Positions 22,621 through 34,529 of a DNA stretch of 34,944 nucleotides are shown here, one piece after another. Origin of the DNA: Chiloscyllium plagiosum (Eukaryota); assembly GCF_004010195.1 (NCBI RefSeq), contig NC_057752.1:12512374-12547317 (forward strand). Direction: 5' to 3'. The notes below the pieces were generated by a model. That model did no database searches. It was not told the DNA's origin and saw only the letters and a list, made by a program, of their open reading frames with translations. The position numbers were made by a program, and so were the translations under genes. Position 1 is the stretch's first letter, and each line of letters begins with the position of its first letter.

Positions 22621-22700
22621 CTGTTCAGGACTGGATTTTTTACAGGCTCTGCCTTTTGACGGGATCGGTGACTAATGATTGCTTCGCTTTCTCTCTAAAG

Positions 22701-22814
22701 ATGTTCAAATCCCCGATACAATCGATCCCACTGGGCCAGATGTTGTCTTTGTGAAGGACGTCGTGTGTTACTTATCCTTCCTGGAGGGAGGCCAGCCTGA
22801 AGATAAGCTCAAAT
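22701..22814 (+). CDS. dgka: Diacylglycerol kinase alpha-like exon (end of RVH domain)
   Basis: Branch-like CTAAT, pyrimidine tract, ctctaaag|(D)VQIPDTIDPTGPDVVFVKDVVCYLSFLEGGQPEDKLK|gtgagt; matches [26 protein letters not shown]; alternative in-frame start at 22740. Confidence 0.9.
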
Positions 22815-23177
22815 GTGAGTTCTGGATTGGATCAAATGTGTGTTTCCGATCTTTAGAAAATTTGGCTTGTTTCATGAGCTGCTCAACTTCCTGAAGATGT
22901 GAAGTTCCTCACACAACCTCAGTAGCGATGTGACAATGTTGCTAGGCCGAGTGAGCCTGAGACTGTGTGATACTTTTGATTTTTCTCGTTTATGTTAAGA
23001 ATGACTTTAGTGTTAACTATTATTTTTCGACTTCTTCTATGAAGGTCTGTGTCATGCTTACATTTTAACACTGTCTCTTTTACTACTTTGAACCTGAGTT
23101 TTTTTTAACCTAAAATGGCGCCGTGTGTGGCAATGTTAGACTTAGACACTTTGAGGACGAGTGGCAATCAACTAAAT

Positions 23178-23482
23178 TGGGGTGGCACGGTGGCTCAGTG
23201 GTTAGCAGTGTAGCCTCACAGCGCCAGGGAGGCAGGTTCGATTCCAGACTCGGGCGACTGTGTGTCTGTGTGGAGTTTGCACATTCTCTCCGCGTCTGCG
23301 TGGGTTTCCTCCGGTTTCCTCCCACAGTCCAAAAATGTGGATTGGCCGTGCTAAGTTGCCCGCAGTGTAAGATGCATTAGTCAGAGGGAAATGGGTCTGG
23401 GTGGGTTGCTCTTCGGCGGGTCGGTGTGGACTGGTTGGGCCGAAGGGGCTGTTTCCACACTGGAGGGAATCTAATCTAAAAA
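23178..23482 (+). mobile_element. HE1 V-SINE
   Basis: GGCACGGTGGCTCAGTGG, GGTTCGATTCC, V-domain, tail AGGGAATCTAATCTAAAA. Confidence 0.92.
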
Positions 23483-23907
23483 AATGGCCATGCAAGAATT
23501 TCAGTTTCGCTCACCAATAATTTATACTTCTTTTTCAAAAGTTGTTGTGCAGTTATGAGGTTTTTTTTTTAAAAAATTACTATTGTATTTTTGGGACTGT
23601 ATCTTGAAATGGAGGGTAATCGAAGTCCGACCTGATTGTTCAAGATGTTTGGAAGGTTTGAATTATTTCAATGCGAGGAGTCATTGGCAGCAGCCTCCGA
23701 GATTACAGCGACTCAGCTCTGAGTCTCCCGTGGTCCTGGGAGGGTATCGCTTTATAACCCGTACTGAGCCAAACTGTACGTTGACCTCGAAGCTAAAGAG
23801 AGTTGGGATTAAGGAGGGCTCATGAGCATTTCTGCCTGGACAAAGATTGAAATGAGTAAATAGGATCCGATAGTCGCCATGGGATGACAAGGACTGAACT
23901 CTGAATA

Positions 23908-24535
23908 TCAGAACGTAGAGCTGTACAGCATAGGGACAGGACCCTTCGGTGCAGGATGTTGTGCCAAATTAAACTCATCCCATCTGCCTGCCCTTGGTCT
24001 GTATCCCTGCACTCCTTGCATATTTGTGTGTTCATTTAAAAGTCCCTTAAACACCCCTGTCCTGTCTGTCTCCAACACCACCCCTTGCAACGTGTTCCAG
24101 ACTCCTACCACACTCTGTGTTAAATACTTAGCCCTCACAGCTCCTTTGAATTCTCCCCCTCTCACTGTAAATGCATGCCCATTAGTTTTAGACATTTCAA
24201 CTCTGGGGATAGAAGATTCAACACTATCTGTATGTCTCAGAATTTTATCAAGTCTGCCCTCAGCCTCTGCCATTCCGGAGAAAACAACCAGAGTTTTCCC
24301 AGCCTCTCAAGAGCTCATACCCTCTAATTCAGGGCAGCATCCTGGTCAGCCTCTTCTGCACCCTCTCCAAAGCCTCCACATCCTTCCTGTAATGTGGCAA
24401 CCAGAACTGAACACTATACTCTAAGTGTAGCCTAACCAAAGTTTTATAAAGCTGCAACATGACATCCCGACTCTTGTACTCAACTCCCCGACCAATAAAG
24501 GCAGGCATGTCATATGCCTGCTTTACCACCCTTTT
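23908..24535 (-). mobile_element. CR1 LINE 3' part
   Basis: LYKTLVRLHLEYSVQFWLPHYRKDVEALERVQKRLTRMLP and 3'UTR. Confidence 0.9.
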
Positions 24536-24539
24536 GAGG

Positions 24540-26750
24540 GCATATGATATTCCCACAGAAGAGGAAGCAACAATTACGGATGATCTCGGTTCAGGAAATC
24601 CAAATGTAAAATCGGTTTGGGCGGAAATGAGGAATAGGAGGGGCAAGGCGTCACTTGGGGGAGTGGTCTACAGACTCCCGAACAGTTACCATAACATGGG
24701 ACAAAGTTTACACGAATAAATATCGGGTGCTTGTGATAAATAGACGACAATAATCACAGGCGACGTAAATCTGCATGTCAACAGGAAACGTCCGATTGGC
24801 AGGAGTAACCTGGATGAGGAATTTGTCGAAGGCTTTCGAGAGAGCTTCTGAAACTGACCAGAGAGCAGGTTCTGTTTGGCCTGGCATTGTTTAATGAAGC
24901 AGGATGAATTAATAACCTTGGACTTCTATCGAGCAACAACGACAACATGACTGAATTTGGAAGGGGAGAAGAATGGATCTCAGACTAGTGTTTTAAACTT
25001 AAAAAAAAAGATAACTATGGCCATAAAAGCTGAGCTGGTTGAAATGAACTGGGATAGATTTGTATATATTTTATTATGTACAATTGAATACTTAGGATAA
25101 CTGTAAAGAAAAATTAACCATCCATGCTTAACCAATTATGTTAAATAAAGTACCAAACTTAAGGAAGAAACATCTAACGGCGTAAAGCTGAGTGGCAGAA
25201 CAGATGATGAGTCAGAACAGAAAGAATGGCAGGTAATGACAAAAACGGTTAGTCAGGAAAGAGAACTTCGAGGGTGAGAGTAAGCTTGCTAGAAATGTGA
25301 AAACAGACAGCAGGAGTTTCTGTAAGTATCCATAAAGGAAAGCAGTAAACCAAGTCTTTAAGTGTTGGTCCTCTAGAGAGTGAGGATGATGAGTTCCAGG
25401 AGATAAAGAAATGGTTGAATGACTGAATATTTTGCTCCTGTCTTCATTCTGGAGGATACAAAACGCAGTAAGAGCTGTCAATCCGGAGGCGAAAGGTACC
25501 TGTTGAAAATATAATCACAGGGGAAGCGTACCTGAGCAAGCTGCTAGAGCTGCGGGCTATCACATCTCTGGCGCCTGACTGACTTTACCCTCGGGTATAA
25601 AAGAGGCTGCCAATGAGGAGTAAATGCGATGGTGTCAATTTCCCAACATTCAAAGATTCTGGAAAGGTCCCACCAGACTGGCAAGTCACAAATATCACCC
25701 AGCGATTCAAGAAGGGAGGAAACTGGAAACTAAAGGCCGGTTAGCTTGACCTGTGCCTCGTCAGACTTGATCATAACTGGCCCTTTGGGAAAACTCAGGG
25801 TAATCAGGAAGAGTCGGTACGGTTTTATAAAAGAGAAATCCTGGATAACCCAATTAATTGGGATTCCTTGAAGGAGTAATGTGGGCTGTGGCTGACAGAG
25901 ACTCCATTGATGTGCTGTGCTTGGATTGCTTTGAACGCCTCATCTTCCACCTCGGGACCCTCCAACCCTACGGCATCAGTGTGGACTTCACCAGTTTCCC
26001 CTCCCCCCACCTTCCCCCAGTTCCAACCTTCCAGCTCAGCACCATCCTCATGACCTGTCCCACCTGCTGCTGTGCTTTTCCAGCACCACTCTAATCTTGA
26101 TTCTGATCTCCAGCATCTGCAGTACCCACTTTTTGCCTTGGATTTCCAGAAAGCAAGGTTCCACATAAACGGGGTTTTTTTTTTTGCATAAAACAGAAGC
26201 TTTTGGGGAAACATATTGGCTCGAACAGAAGACTGATCAGTTTCAGAAAACAGCGAGTCTGGTTCAATGGGTTTTGGTCTGACTGGCAGGAGTAGGGGCC
26301 TACAGGTGTCTCTGCTAGGACCTCAACTTCTCACCATTTCTATCAATGACTCAGCTGAGGCTGCTGAAGGCACACTCGCCAAACGTGATAGGCCGAGATA
26401 GGTCGAATCGGCTGTTGCAAAAACAACACAACAGCCTGATATCGATGGGCTAGTGAGTGGGCAGATGGAATATAATGTGGCAAAACGTGACAGGAAAAAA
26501 ACGGAAAGCAGTGTGTTATTTCAACGTGAAGGACTGTAGAGTCGGAGGTGCAGAGGAAGTTAGGTGTTGTCGTGCATGAGTCACTGGTCGGTACTGCACA
26601 CAATCGACAAGGCTGATGGGATGCTGTCCTCGAATGTAAGAGATATTGAACACAAAAGTAAGGAGATGAAACTTCAGTGATCCTGGTGAGACCAGCTGCT
26701 GAATGCTGTGTGCAGTTTCGGCCTCCTTATTTAAAGATAGATGCAGCACT
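24540..26750 (+). mobile_element. Old, heavily decayed CR1 LINE ORF2
   Basis: SVWAEMRN..GVVYRLPN endonuclease remnants through LDFQKA RT remnants. Confidence 0.75.
25928..26136 (+). mobile_element. Penelope-like 3' fragment with 8-bp flanking duplication
   Basis: ERLIFHLGTLQPYGISVDFTSF (GIY-YIG C-terminus) plus pLTR end; CTTGGATT at 25920-25927 and 26137-26144. Confidence 0.75.
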
Positions 26751-26959
26751 TTATGTTTGTGGCACTTTAAGGCATGAAGAAACGCACAAGATGTCAGCTC
26801 TCAGCTGCCAGTCAGAATCTCTTTGAAGGTGTTTGGCTTCCCTGGCAATTGTAGCGGGTGAGGTCACCAAGATTGAAGCTGTTCGATTGGTCGAGAAAAT
26901 TTCAAATGTCCCACTGACAGGTTTAAAGTGGGGTGGCGGGCACCTGGGGAGAGGGGGCG

Positions 26960-27150
26960 CTGGCGTCATGGTAACATCACTGGACTGTAGGCCGAGGCTA
27001 ATGCCTGCAGGTTGGAATCTCACACAACCGCTAGCGGAACATTAGGTGAGGCTCTGTGATGGGGACGACGCCACTATCAGCAAAAAAGAAAACACATGTG
27101 CTTCACAAATATCATTTGAGAAAATCTGCCATCCTTACCCAGTCTGGGAC
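26960..27150 (+). mobile_element. Decayed SacSINE/Deu-SINE-like element
   Basis: tRNA-like head and AAATCTGCCATCCTTACCCAGTCTGG core. Confidence 0.5.
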
Positions 27151-27644
27151 GGGGCAACACATGCAGGAGATACCCAGTGAATCCCTTCTGGAATTTCTTA
27201 CAGCCCTGGGCAGAGCAGATGCTGAGCCAGACCATCATGCCCCTGGACAGTCTGCTTTCAGTGGTAAGAGTCAGTGAGGGCCTTTGCTGAATTTGCTGAG
27301 CTGCCTGAGGAAGAAGAGGCAGCGTTGTTGTACCTGACTGACTGTCACATCTACGTGGGAGGTCCAGGACAGATTGACGGTGATCGTCAAGTGAAAATAA
27401 GTGACGAGAGACTCAGACATACAGTCTCACATAAAACATAGAGAGTTCAGTGCTGGTCAGAAGGTCAGAGTGAAAGTACACCAAGGTGAGAAGATGTGTG
27501 TGTGTGTGTGTGTGTCAACAGTTGTTGCGAAGAGACTGGAAAATTCAGCAATCTGATGATAATTAGTCAGAGACTGTATCATTGTCACATCGAATACTCC
27601 CTTGTAAAAAGGAAACGTGACTAAAGGAGAGCTTGAGAAACCTT

Positions 27645-27740
27645 TGGAAAGGTGACCTGACCTGAAACGTTAACTCCGATTCCTCTTCACAGATGCTGCC
27701 AGACCTGCAGAGCTTTTCCAGCAACTTCTAGTTTTGTTTC
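27645..27740 (+). mobile_element. Penelope-like pLTR remnant
   Basis: GAAACGTTAACTC..CACAGATGCTGCCAGACCTG..CTTTTCCAGCA. Confidence 0.6.
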
Positions 27741-28038
27741 TTATCACTGCTCACTGTCCCGGGCGGGGGAAATCACTGCTCACTGTGCCAGGGGTTTGAA
27801 TGTGAATTGATTCAGCGCTTTCCCTGGGTCCTGGGTTTTGAATTCCCTTGTGCACTGGGTCCCTGTGAATCCCCTGTCTCAGTGAAAACGGTTTCCCATG
27901 TTGATCTGGATGACTGATTGGTCACGATTTGTTCCCCATTGTGAGATGTCTGCACCTTTCTGAAGTGGCAGCTCAGCAGCTGATATTTACCCTGTGCCAG
28001 CTCACTCATCCCCAGCCGACTCTGAAGTGTTTGTCGTG

Positions 28039-28559
28039 NNNNNNNNNNNNNNNNNNNNNNNNNNNNNNNNNNNNNNNNNNNNNNNNNNNNNNNNNNNNNN
28101 NNNNNNNNNNNNNNNNNNNNNNNNNNNNNNNNNNNNNNNNNNNNNNNNNNNNNNNNNNNNNNNNNNNNNNNNNNNNNNNNNNNNNNNNNNNNNNNNNNNN
28201 NNNNNNNNNNNNNNNNNNNNNNNNNNNNNNNNNNNNNNNNNNNNNNNNNNNNNNNNNNNNNNNNNNNNNNNNNNNNNNNNNNNNNNNNNNNNNNNNNNNN
28301 NNNNNNNNNNNNNNNNNNNNNNNNNNNNNNNNNNNNNNNNNNNNNNNNNNNNNNNNNNNNNNNNNNNNNNNNNNNNNNNNNNNNNNNNNNNNNNNNNNNN
28401 NNNNNNNNNNNNNNNNNNNNNNNNNNNNNNNNNNNNNNNNNNNNNNNNNNNNNNNNNNNNNNNNNNNNNNNNNNNNNNNNNNNNNNNNNNNNNNNNNNNN
28501 NNNNNNNNNNNNNNNNNNNNNNNNNNNNNNNNNNNNNNNNNNNNNNNNNNNNNNNNNNN
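28039..28559. other. Assembly gap (521 N) next to a GT-rich tract
   Basis: Run of N followed by TG/GG-rich low complexity to ~28685. Confidence 1.
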
Positions 28560-28984
28560 GTGTGTGTGTGTGGGGTGGGAGTGAGGTGTGTGTCAGGGGG
28601 GAATGAGGTGTGTGTGTTGTGGGGGAGTGATGTGTGAGTGGAGGGGGAGTGAGGTGTGTGTCATGGTGCGGGGGTGGGGTGTGAGGCCCACAGCTCGTGC
28701 GGAAGTGCAGGCCAATCTGCACCCCTGATGTCCCCATCACTTGGGCGGTTGCTGCTGGGGTCCGATGTTAACTCCTTGTAAAGAGAATGTCTATCTCACT
28801 GACTGACTCACTAACCAGTAACACCTCATTTTTTACCTGCTTGACTTCTGATGTGCTTGAACATGAATCATGCACATTAAACAGGCTCTGAACATGGTCT
28901 GTGGATCTGTCCTTCATGTCCCTGGTATTCCTTAATCCATGCTTGTACAGAATCCCCAATCCCATGTGCCCTAATGTGTCTTCA

Positions 28985-29270
28985 CCAGACAGCATGGAAA
29001 CAGACCCTTCGGTCCAGCCTGTCCATGCCGACCATCATCCCCAAACTAATCTACACCCACCTGCCTGCTCCTGGCCCATATCCCCCCTATCCGGTCCTTA
29101 TCCATATATATTTTAAACATTGTGAACAAATGTTCAGGCTATGCAGCCTTTCTTTAGAAGTCATTCCTTCTGTCCCCAGCACCATCCTGGGAAATCTCTT
29201 CCCCGCCCTCTGCAGCTTGCTAATATCCTTCCCTCGACTCCCTGGCATGCTTCAACAAAATGCCCCTCAA
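28985..29270 (-). mobile_element. CR1 3' tail fragment
   Basis: ACAGCATGGAAACAGACCCTTCGGTCCA is the reverse complement of the CR1 3'UTR at ~13800-13830. Confidence 0.75.
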
Positions 29271-29369
29271 CACTGGCATCTCAGTTGAAGTGACGACTGA
29301 GCGTGTCTTTCTAACTGCTATCCCACAATCCTCGACTGATGCCAAGCTCTGGTTGTCTCCTTTCGAAAG

Positions 29370-29460
29370 GGTGAAGAACAAACTGTGGTATTTTGAGTTC
29401 GCTACCTCAGAAACCGTCTCGGCCACTTGCAAGAACCTACAGGACGTGTTGGAGATCGAA
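29370..29460 (+). CDS. dgka: Diacylglycerol kinase alpha-like exon (accessory domain)
   Basis: tttcgaaag|(R)[30 protein letters not shown]|gtgagt; 91 nt; [10 protein letters not shown] is DGKA-type. Confidence 0.93.
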
Positions 29461-29909
29461 GTGAGTGAGTCCACATCCAGCGCTGCTCCCTGGGGAAAGG
29501 GTTCAGGGTGGGAGAAAGAAGGGCACACTGGCACGAGTGGGCAACTGGCAGACCTCAATTCTTCGCTCTATCGTCCTACCGTGTTGCGCTGACTGGCAGC
29601 TTCCTGTCTGGGCTTCAGAGCGGCCTGCGACAGGGCCTGGTACGAATGGGCATCAGGTTGCCCGTTGACTGGTCGCAAACATGGTGGGAGCTAAAGCTGT
29701 TTGTACTTGCAACTAGAGCTCGACAATTAACGTGCCCCTTCACGACAGACTTTCGAACTGGTGTGAAGTTGCGCAGATCTGCCACACTTTCTACCAATTC
29801 GGCCATGGCCACCACCTGTGCCAGCCCACAGATCAGTGAAGATGGCAATGCAGGTAGATAAGGGAGTTAAAATAGAGGCCTTTGCCATGCCTGGGGGCAC
29901 TGAATATAG

Positions 29910-30110
29910 AGAGAAAGTGAGCACTGCAGATGCTGGAGATGAGTCGAGAGGGTGGTGCTGGAAAAGCACAGCAGGTCAGGCAGCATCTGAGGGGCAGGAG
30001 AATCAACATTTCGGGCATAATCCCTTCATCAGGTTTATGCTCAAAACATCAACTCTCCTGCTCCTCAGACACTGCCTGACCTGCTGTGCTTTTCCAGCAC
30101 CACGCTCTTT
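29910..30110. mobile_element. Penelope-derived inverted pLTR pair
   Basis: Arms ~29947-30020 and ~30035-30108 are imperfect reverse complements; minus-strand hammerhead remnant at 30032-30004. Confidence 0.75.
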
Positions 30111-30716
30111 GAGTATAGACAAGTTCTGCTGCAGCTTTATAGTACTTTAGTTAGGCCCCACTTGGAATATTGTGTCCAGTTCTGGTCACCACACGGCCAG
30201 AAGGATGCGGATGCTTTGGAGAGGGTACAGACACAGTTTACCAGGATGTTGCCTGGTATGGGCACGGTTGTTTGTTTATGAAGGAAGGTTGGCGAGACTG
30301 GGATTGTGTTCACTGGAACACAGGAGGTTGAGGGAGCGACCTGATCGAAGTTTATAAGATTGTGAACGGCATGGATAGAGTGGGAAGTATGAGGCTTTTT
30401 CCCAGAGTGGAGGGGTCAGTTACTAAGGGACACAGGTTCAAGGGGTGAGGGGAGGGGTGGGGGGGGTTAAAAGAACTGTGTGAGGCAAGTTTTTCACACA
30501 AAGGCTGGCGATTGCCTGGAGCGTGTTGCCAGGGAAGATGGTGGAAGCAGACACAATAACAGCATTCAGGAAGCACCCGGACAAATACATGAATAGGAAG
30601 GGAATAGAGGGATATGGATCCTGTAAATGAAGGCAGTTTTAGTATGGAAGGGCAACATGTGTCAGTGCGGGTTTGGAGGGTCGAATGGCCTGTTCCTGTG
30701 CTGTACTGTTCTTTGT
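30111..30716 (+). mobile_element. CR1 LINE 3' part
   Basis: LVRPHLEYCVQFWSP.. and CR1 3'UTR. Confidence 0.88.
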
Positions 30717-30845
30717 AACAAAGTGCTTCAGGTGACAAGTGGGAAGTTGGCATGTGGTGAGCATCTCCCCTTCCTCTGTCGAGGCCTGTGACCTTTCTGG
30801 TCCGGAGATGTGTGGCTGACCTTTTTTTTTTTTGGCTTGTGGCAG

Positions 30846-31026
30846 TGCTGTGGGGCCCTCTTGGACTTGAGCACCCTGTCCCTGGAGGGAATCGCCATCC
30901 TCAACATTCCCAGCATGCACGGCGGCTCCAACCTGTGGGGCGAAAACAAGAAAGAAAACAAGGCCTTGCCGAACAAAACGTACGCAGCGATAACCGACTC
31001 CGAGGCCCTCAAGTCGTGCATGCAAG
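30846..31026 (+). CDS. dgka: Diacylglycerol kinase alpha-like exon (accessory domain)
   Basis: Poly-T tract, ggcag|[48 protein letters not shown]|gtgggt; phase 0 to 1, compatible with both neighbours. Confidence 0.95.
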
Positions 31027-31474
31027 GTGGGTAACCGTGGCAACCTGAGCCCAAGAGAAGGCAGAGACGGAGAGTTGACAGCCATCGAGGTAGTTCTCCT
31101 ACTCTGTGGTTAAACCGCTCAAGTGATCCGACAGTGTAGATACAAAGGAATAGTTTCTTTGGGCAGGGGAGTCAAGGGTGAGGGGACATCATCTTAAAAT
31201 GACACCGGGGCTGTTCAGGAGAGAGACCAGGACATAACGTCTCCAGACAACAGGCTCACGGAAATCTGCAGCTCCCTCCCTCTCGAAGCTCGAGACACGA
31301 GCAGGTCTCGGAGCTTTCGAGGCTGAGAAGAATTGAATGATTTTCGGTCAGACAAGGTGTTTGCAAGAAAGGTGGCTGATGGAGTGGAGAGGCTGAGGAG
31401 GTGTGCTCTCCCTGACTCACATACTAGGCCCGACTCACCTGCCTCAGTTCAGCCATTTCTGGTGGCAGTTAAGA

Positions 31475-31812
31475 GTCGAAGAACAGTACAGCACAGGGAC
31501 AGGCCCTTTGGCCCACCACGACTGTGCTGACATATGACTCCTTCCTAAACTAAACCCCATTCACCTCCACACAGTCCCTCGCCTTCTATTCCCTGCCTGG
31601 TCATGAATCTGTCCAGATACCTCGGAAACATTGCGAATGGATTCATCTCCTCCATCTTCCCCTGGCAGCACATTCCAGGCACTGACCACCCTCTGTGTGC
31701 AAACAAACCGCCTATCACATCTCCTTTAAACTTACTCCCTTTTACCTTAAACCTCTGTCCCCTACCCTGGGAAAAAGACTGACTATTCATTCTATCCAGG
31801 CCTCTCATCATT
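31475..31812 (-). mobile_element. CR1 LINE 3' end
   Basis: MMRGLDRMNSQS..FKVKG..YLDRFM..GIEG and 3'UTR. Confidence 0.85.
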
Positions 31813-31927
31813 TAGTTCGTGGTTAGCACTGCTGCCTCAGCGCCAGAGACCCGGGTTCAATTCCCGCCTCAGGCGACTCTCTGTGTGGAGTTTGCACGTT
31901 CTCCCCGTGTCTGCGTGGGTTTCCTCC
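31813..31927 (+). mobile_element. Partial HE1 V-SINE cut by a 6-N gap
   Basis: GGTTAGCACTGCTGCCTCAG..GGTTCAATTCC..V-domain; N at 31928-31933. Confidence 0.85.
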
Positions 31928-31933
31928 NNNNNN

Positions 31934-33000
31934 CACCTCGCATTTGTCTGGATTAAACTCCATCAGCTACTTCTCCCCCCAAGTCTCCTGCTGCACCATC
32001 TGGCAATCTTCCTCAGTATCTGTGATGTTTGGGTTGCCTGCAAACTTACTAATCAGGCCACCTACACTTTCCTCCAAATCATTATATCTATTACAAACAA
32101 CAGGGGTCTCAGCACTGATCCCTGCAGAACACCACTGGTCATAGAGCTCCAGTCTGAAAAACACTCCTCCATCGCTACTCTCTGTCTTCTACGACTAAGC
32201 CAGTTCTGGATCCATTTTATCAACTCACCACGGATCCCGTGTGACTTCACCATGATGGAGCTTGCTAAAGTCCATATAGACAGCATCCACCACCCTGGCC
32301 TCATCAATTACCTCTGTCACTCCCTCCAATCCCATCGGGTCCTACCCTAATGCTTTTTAAAACACCCAACAACTTCTCCTTTTTTCATAACAACATTCCC
32401 AAGAATTATCAACACGCCCCTCTCTTGACTCACCATCCAGAGGTCCTGCTCCTTTGTAAATACTGATACAAAGTATTTGTTAAGGCCCTCAGTCACTACC
32501 CTCCAGTTACATTCCCTCGTTTGTCCTTGAGTTTCTCGGTCTACCCTCTTGCCCCTTATACATGTACGAAACACCTTGGGATTATCTTTAATCTTGTATG
32601 CCGAAGATATTTCATGGCCCCTTTTTAGCGCTTTATAACTCCTCATATTCTTCCAGGGCTGTGTCTGTCCTCAGGTTCCTAAACCTCACATCTGCCTTTC
32701 TTATTCTGGTTGACGAAGCTCACAATTTCTCTTGTCATCCTAGCTTCCTGTATCATGCCATCCTTATCCTTCAGTTTCACGGGAACAGACTGTGTCCTGA
32801 ACTCTAACCAACCGGCCTTGCGAGGATTCCCACATGTCAGATGTGGATTTACCCTCAAACAGCCATCCTCCCCTATCTACTGCCTAATACAGTCATAGCT
32901 CGCCTTCCCCCAGTGTAGTAATTCCAATTGTGGGGTACTCTTATCCTTATCCATAAGTTAAAACTTACTGAATTATGGAGTTCCTCTCCATTGAACAGAC
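31934..33000 (-). mobile_element. Old CR1 LINE ORF2 with internal deletions
   Basis: WIQNWLSRRRQRV..SGVLQGSVL; IKDNPKVF. Confidence 0.8.
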
Positions 33001-33599
33001 TTCCAGCAGTAAACAGATGCCACCAACTCTGGCTGGTGCCATGTTCACCATTAGAGTAGCTTTCACTGCGACACTTATTCATTGAACTGAATGTCTAGCA
33101 GCCAATAGGGTGGGACTCAAACCCATGTTCCCAGAGACATTAGCCCCCTGGTCCCAGCTTGGACTCGAAGCCACAACATGACTCTGACATCTAGAGCAGA
33201 GAGAGAGAGAGAGAGAGACCCCAGTCTGGAATGTGGAGAGAGATCTTTGGCGACTGTGTACACGTGTCTGAGTTCAGACAGTGACTTCACCTGACAGTGG
33301 AGCAGCTATAACCCAGTGACCTCTGGCTGGGATCCCAATGCACAGGGAGCGGGATTGGTTCCAGGCCGGTCCCTGGCTTCTGTCTCAGAGGGATGGAAGG
33401 GATCCACTGCTGACAACCAACTCATGGAGATTAAGGGTCCTGCCGTCTCTACATTCACCCAGCCACCCTCACAAAGCAGTCCACACCCACTCTGTTCCCC
33501 GCTCCCTTCGATTCCCTTCCGTCCGGACCCCAGATGTCCTCCCCACCAGCTGCCGCTCCCAAAAGCCATCCAACTGTGATAAATTAATGCAGCACTACT

Positions 33600-34010
33600 T
33601 TTTCAAATCTACTTGTAGGACGTGGGAGTCACAGGCTGGGCCCAGTATTTATTACCCCGTCCCTCGTTGCCCCCCTTGAGAAGGTGGGGGTGAGCTGCCA
33701 TCTTGAACCGCTGCAGTCCATGTGCTGTGGGTTGACCCACAATGCCCTGAGGGAGGGAATTCCAGGATTCTGTTCCCAGTGACACTGAAGGAACGGCGAT
33801 ATATTTCCAAGTCAGGATGGTGAGGGGCTCGGAGGGGAACTTGCAGGGGGTGGTGTTCCCATGTCTCTGCTGCCCTTGTGCTTCTAGATGGAAGTGGCCG
33901 TGGGTTTGGAAGGTGCTGCCTGAGGATCTTTGGTGAGTTTCTGCAGGGCATCTTGTAGATGGTACACACTGCTGTTACTGAGCGTCGGTGGGAGAGGGAG
34001 TGGATGTGAT
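33600..34010 (-). mobile_element. CR1-group (L2-like family) LINE 3' end
   Basis: CTIYKMPCRNSPKILRQHLPNPRPLPSR; matches 11555-11900. Confidence 0.88.
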
Positions 34011-34276
34011 GTTGCTTTGTCCTGGGAGTTGCCTGAGTGTTGCATGTGATTAGAGGTCACAGGGTCATGGCACATGCCCCAAACCTCTCACTGATGACCC
34101 TCCGGGATTGCCTCTGCCAAAGATGGACAGGTATTCCCCAGCTATGCAACACACATAGTCCCCACCAGGATTAGGCCTCGGTGTCAGTTGGAGGCAGAGG
34201 TGTGAGGGTTTCTGGGAAGGGAGGGATACGTTGGATCCTTGTGAGTGAGACGTGACTGTTGTATTTCTCCTGGCAG

Positions 34277-34397
34277 AGTTGAGTGATAAGCTGCTGGAAG
34301 TGGTCGGCCTGGAAGGAGCGATTGAAATGGGGCAGATTTACGCAGGCCTGAAGAGTGCTGGGAAACGATTGGCTCAATGTTCTGACGTCATCATCAG
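34277..34397 (+). CDS. dgka: Diacylglycerol kinase alpha-like exon (accessory domain)
   Basis: tttctcctggcag|(E)[39 protein letters not shown](R)|gtgaga; 121 nt, phase 1 to 2; not in the ORF track. Confidence 0.95.
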
Positions 34398-34529
34398 GTG
34401 AGAGTGACGCTCGGGAATGAGAGCGCTGTGCGGCCAATAGCGCACGGGCCCACAATCTCTGGTCGCTGCATTGATGAAGGCAGCTCACCTTTGCCCTTGT
34501 ATGTGTCTCTCTCTCTCTCTCTCTGTCAG

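Noticed and set aside
23768..23812. KLYVD peptide as the missing dgka FKLYD EF-hand exon
   Set aside because: No EF-hand loop, in-frame stop follows, no suitable splice sites
27743..27786. 15-bp direct repeat ATCACTGCTCACTGT around a GC box
   Set aside because: Tiny local duplication with no supporting promoter context
3143..28740. Long ORFs of 168-471 aa made mostly of X
   Set aside because: They only span N-gaps
30639..31085. 148-aa minus-strand ORF
   Set aside because: Antisense shadow of the dgka exon running into a CR1 tail
34434..34455. Possible ERSE (CCAAT-N9-CCACG)
   Set aside because: Spacing and second half-site do not match
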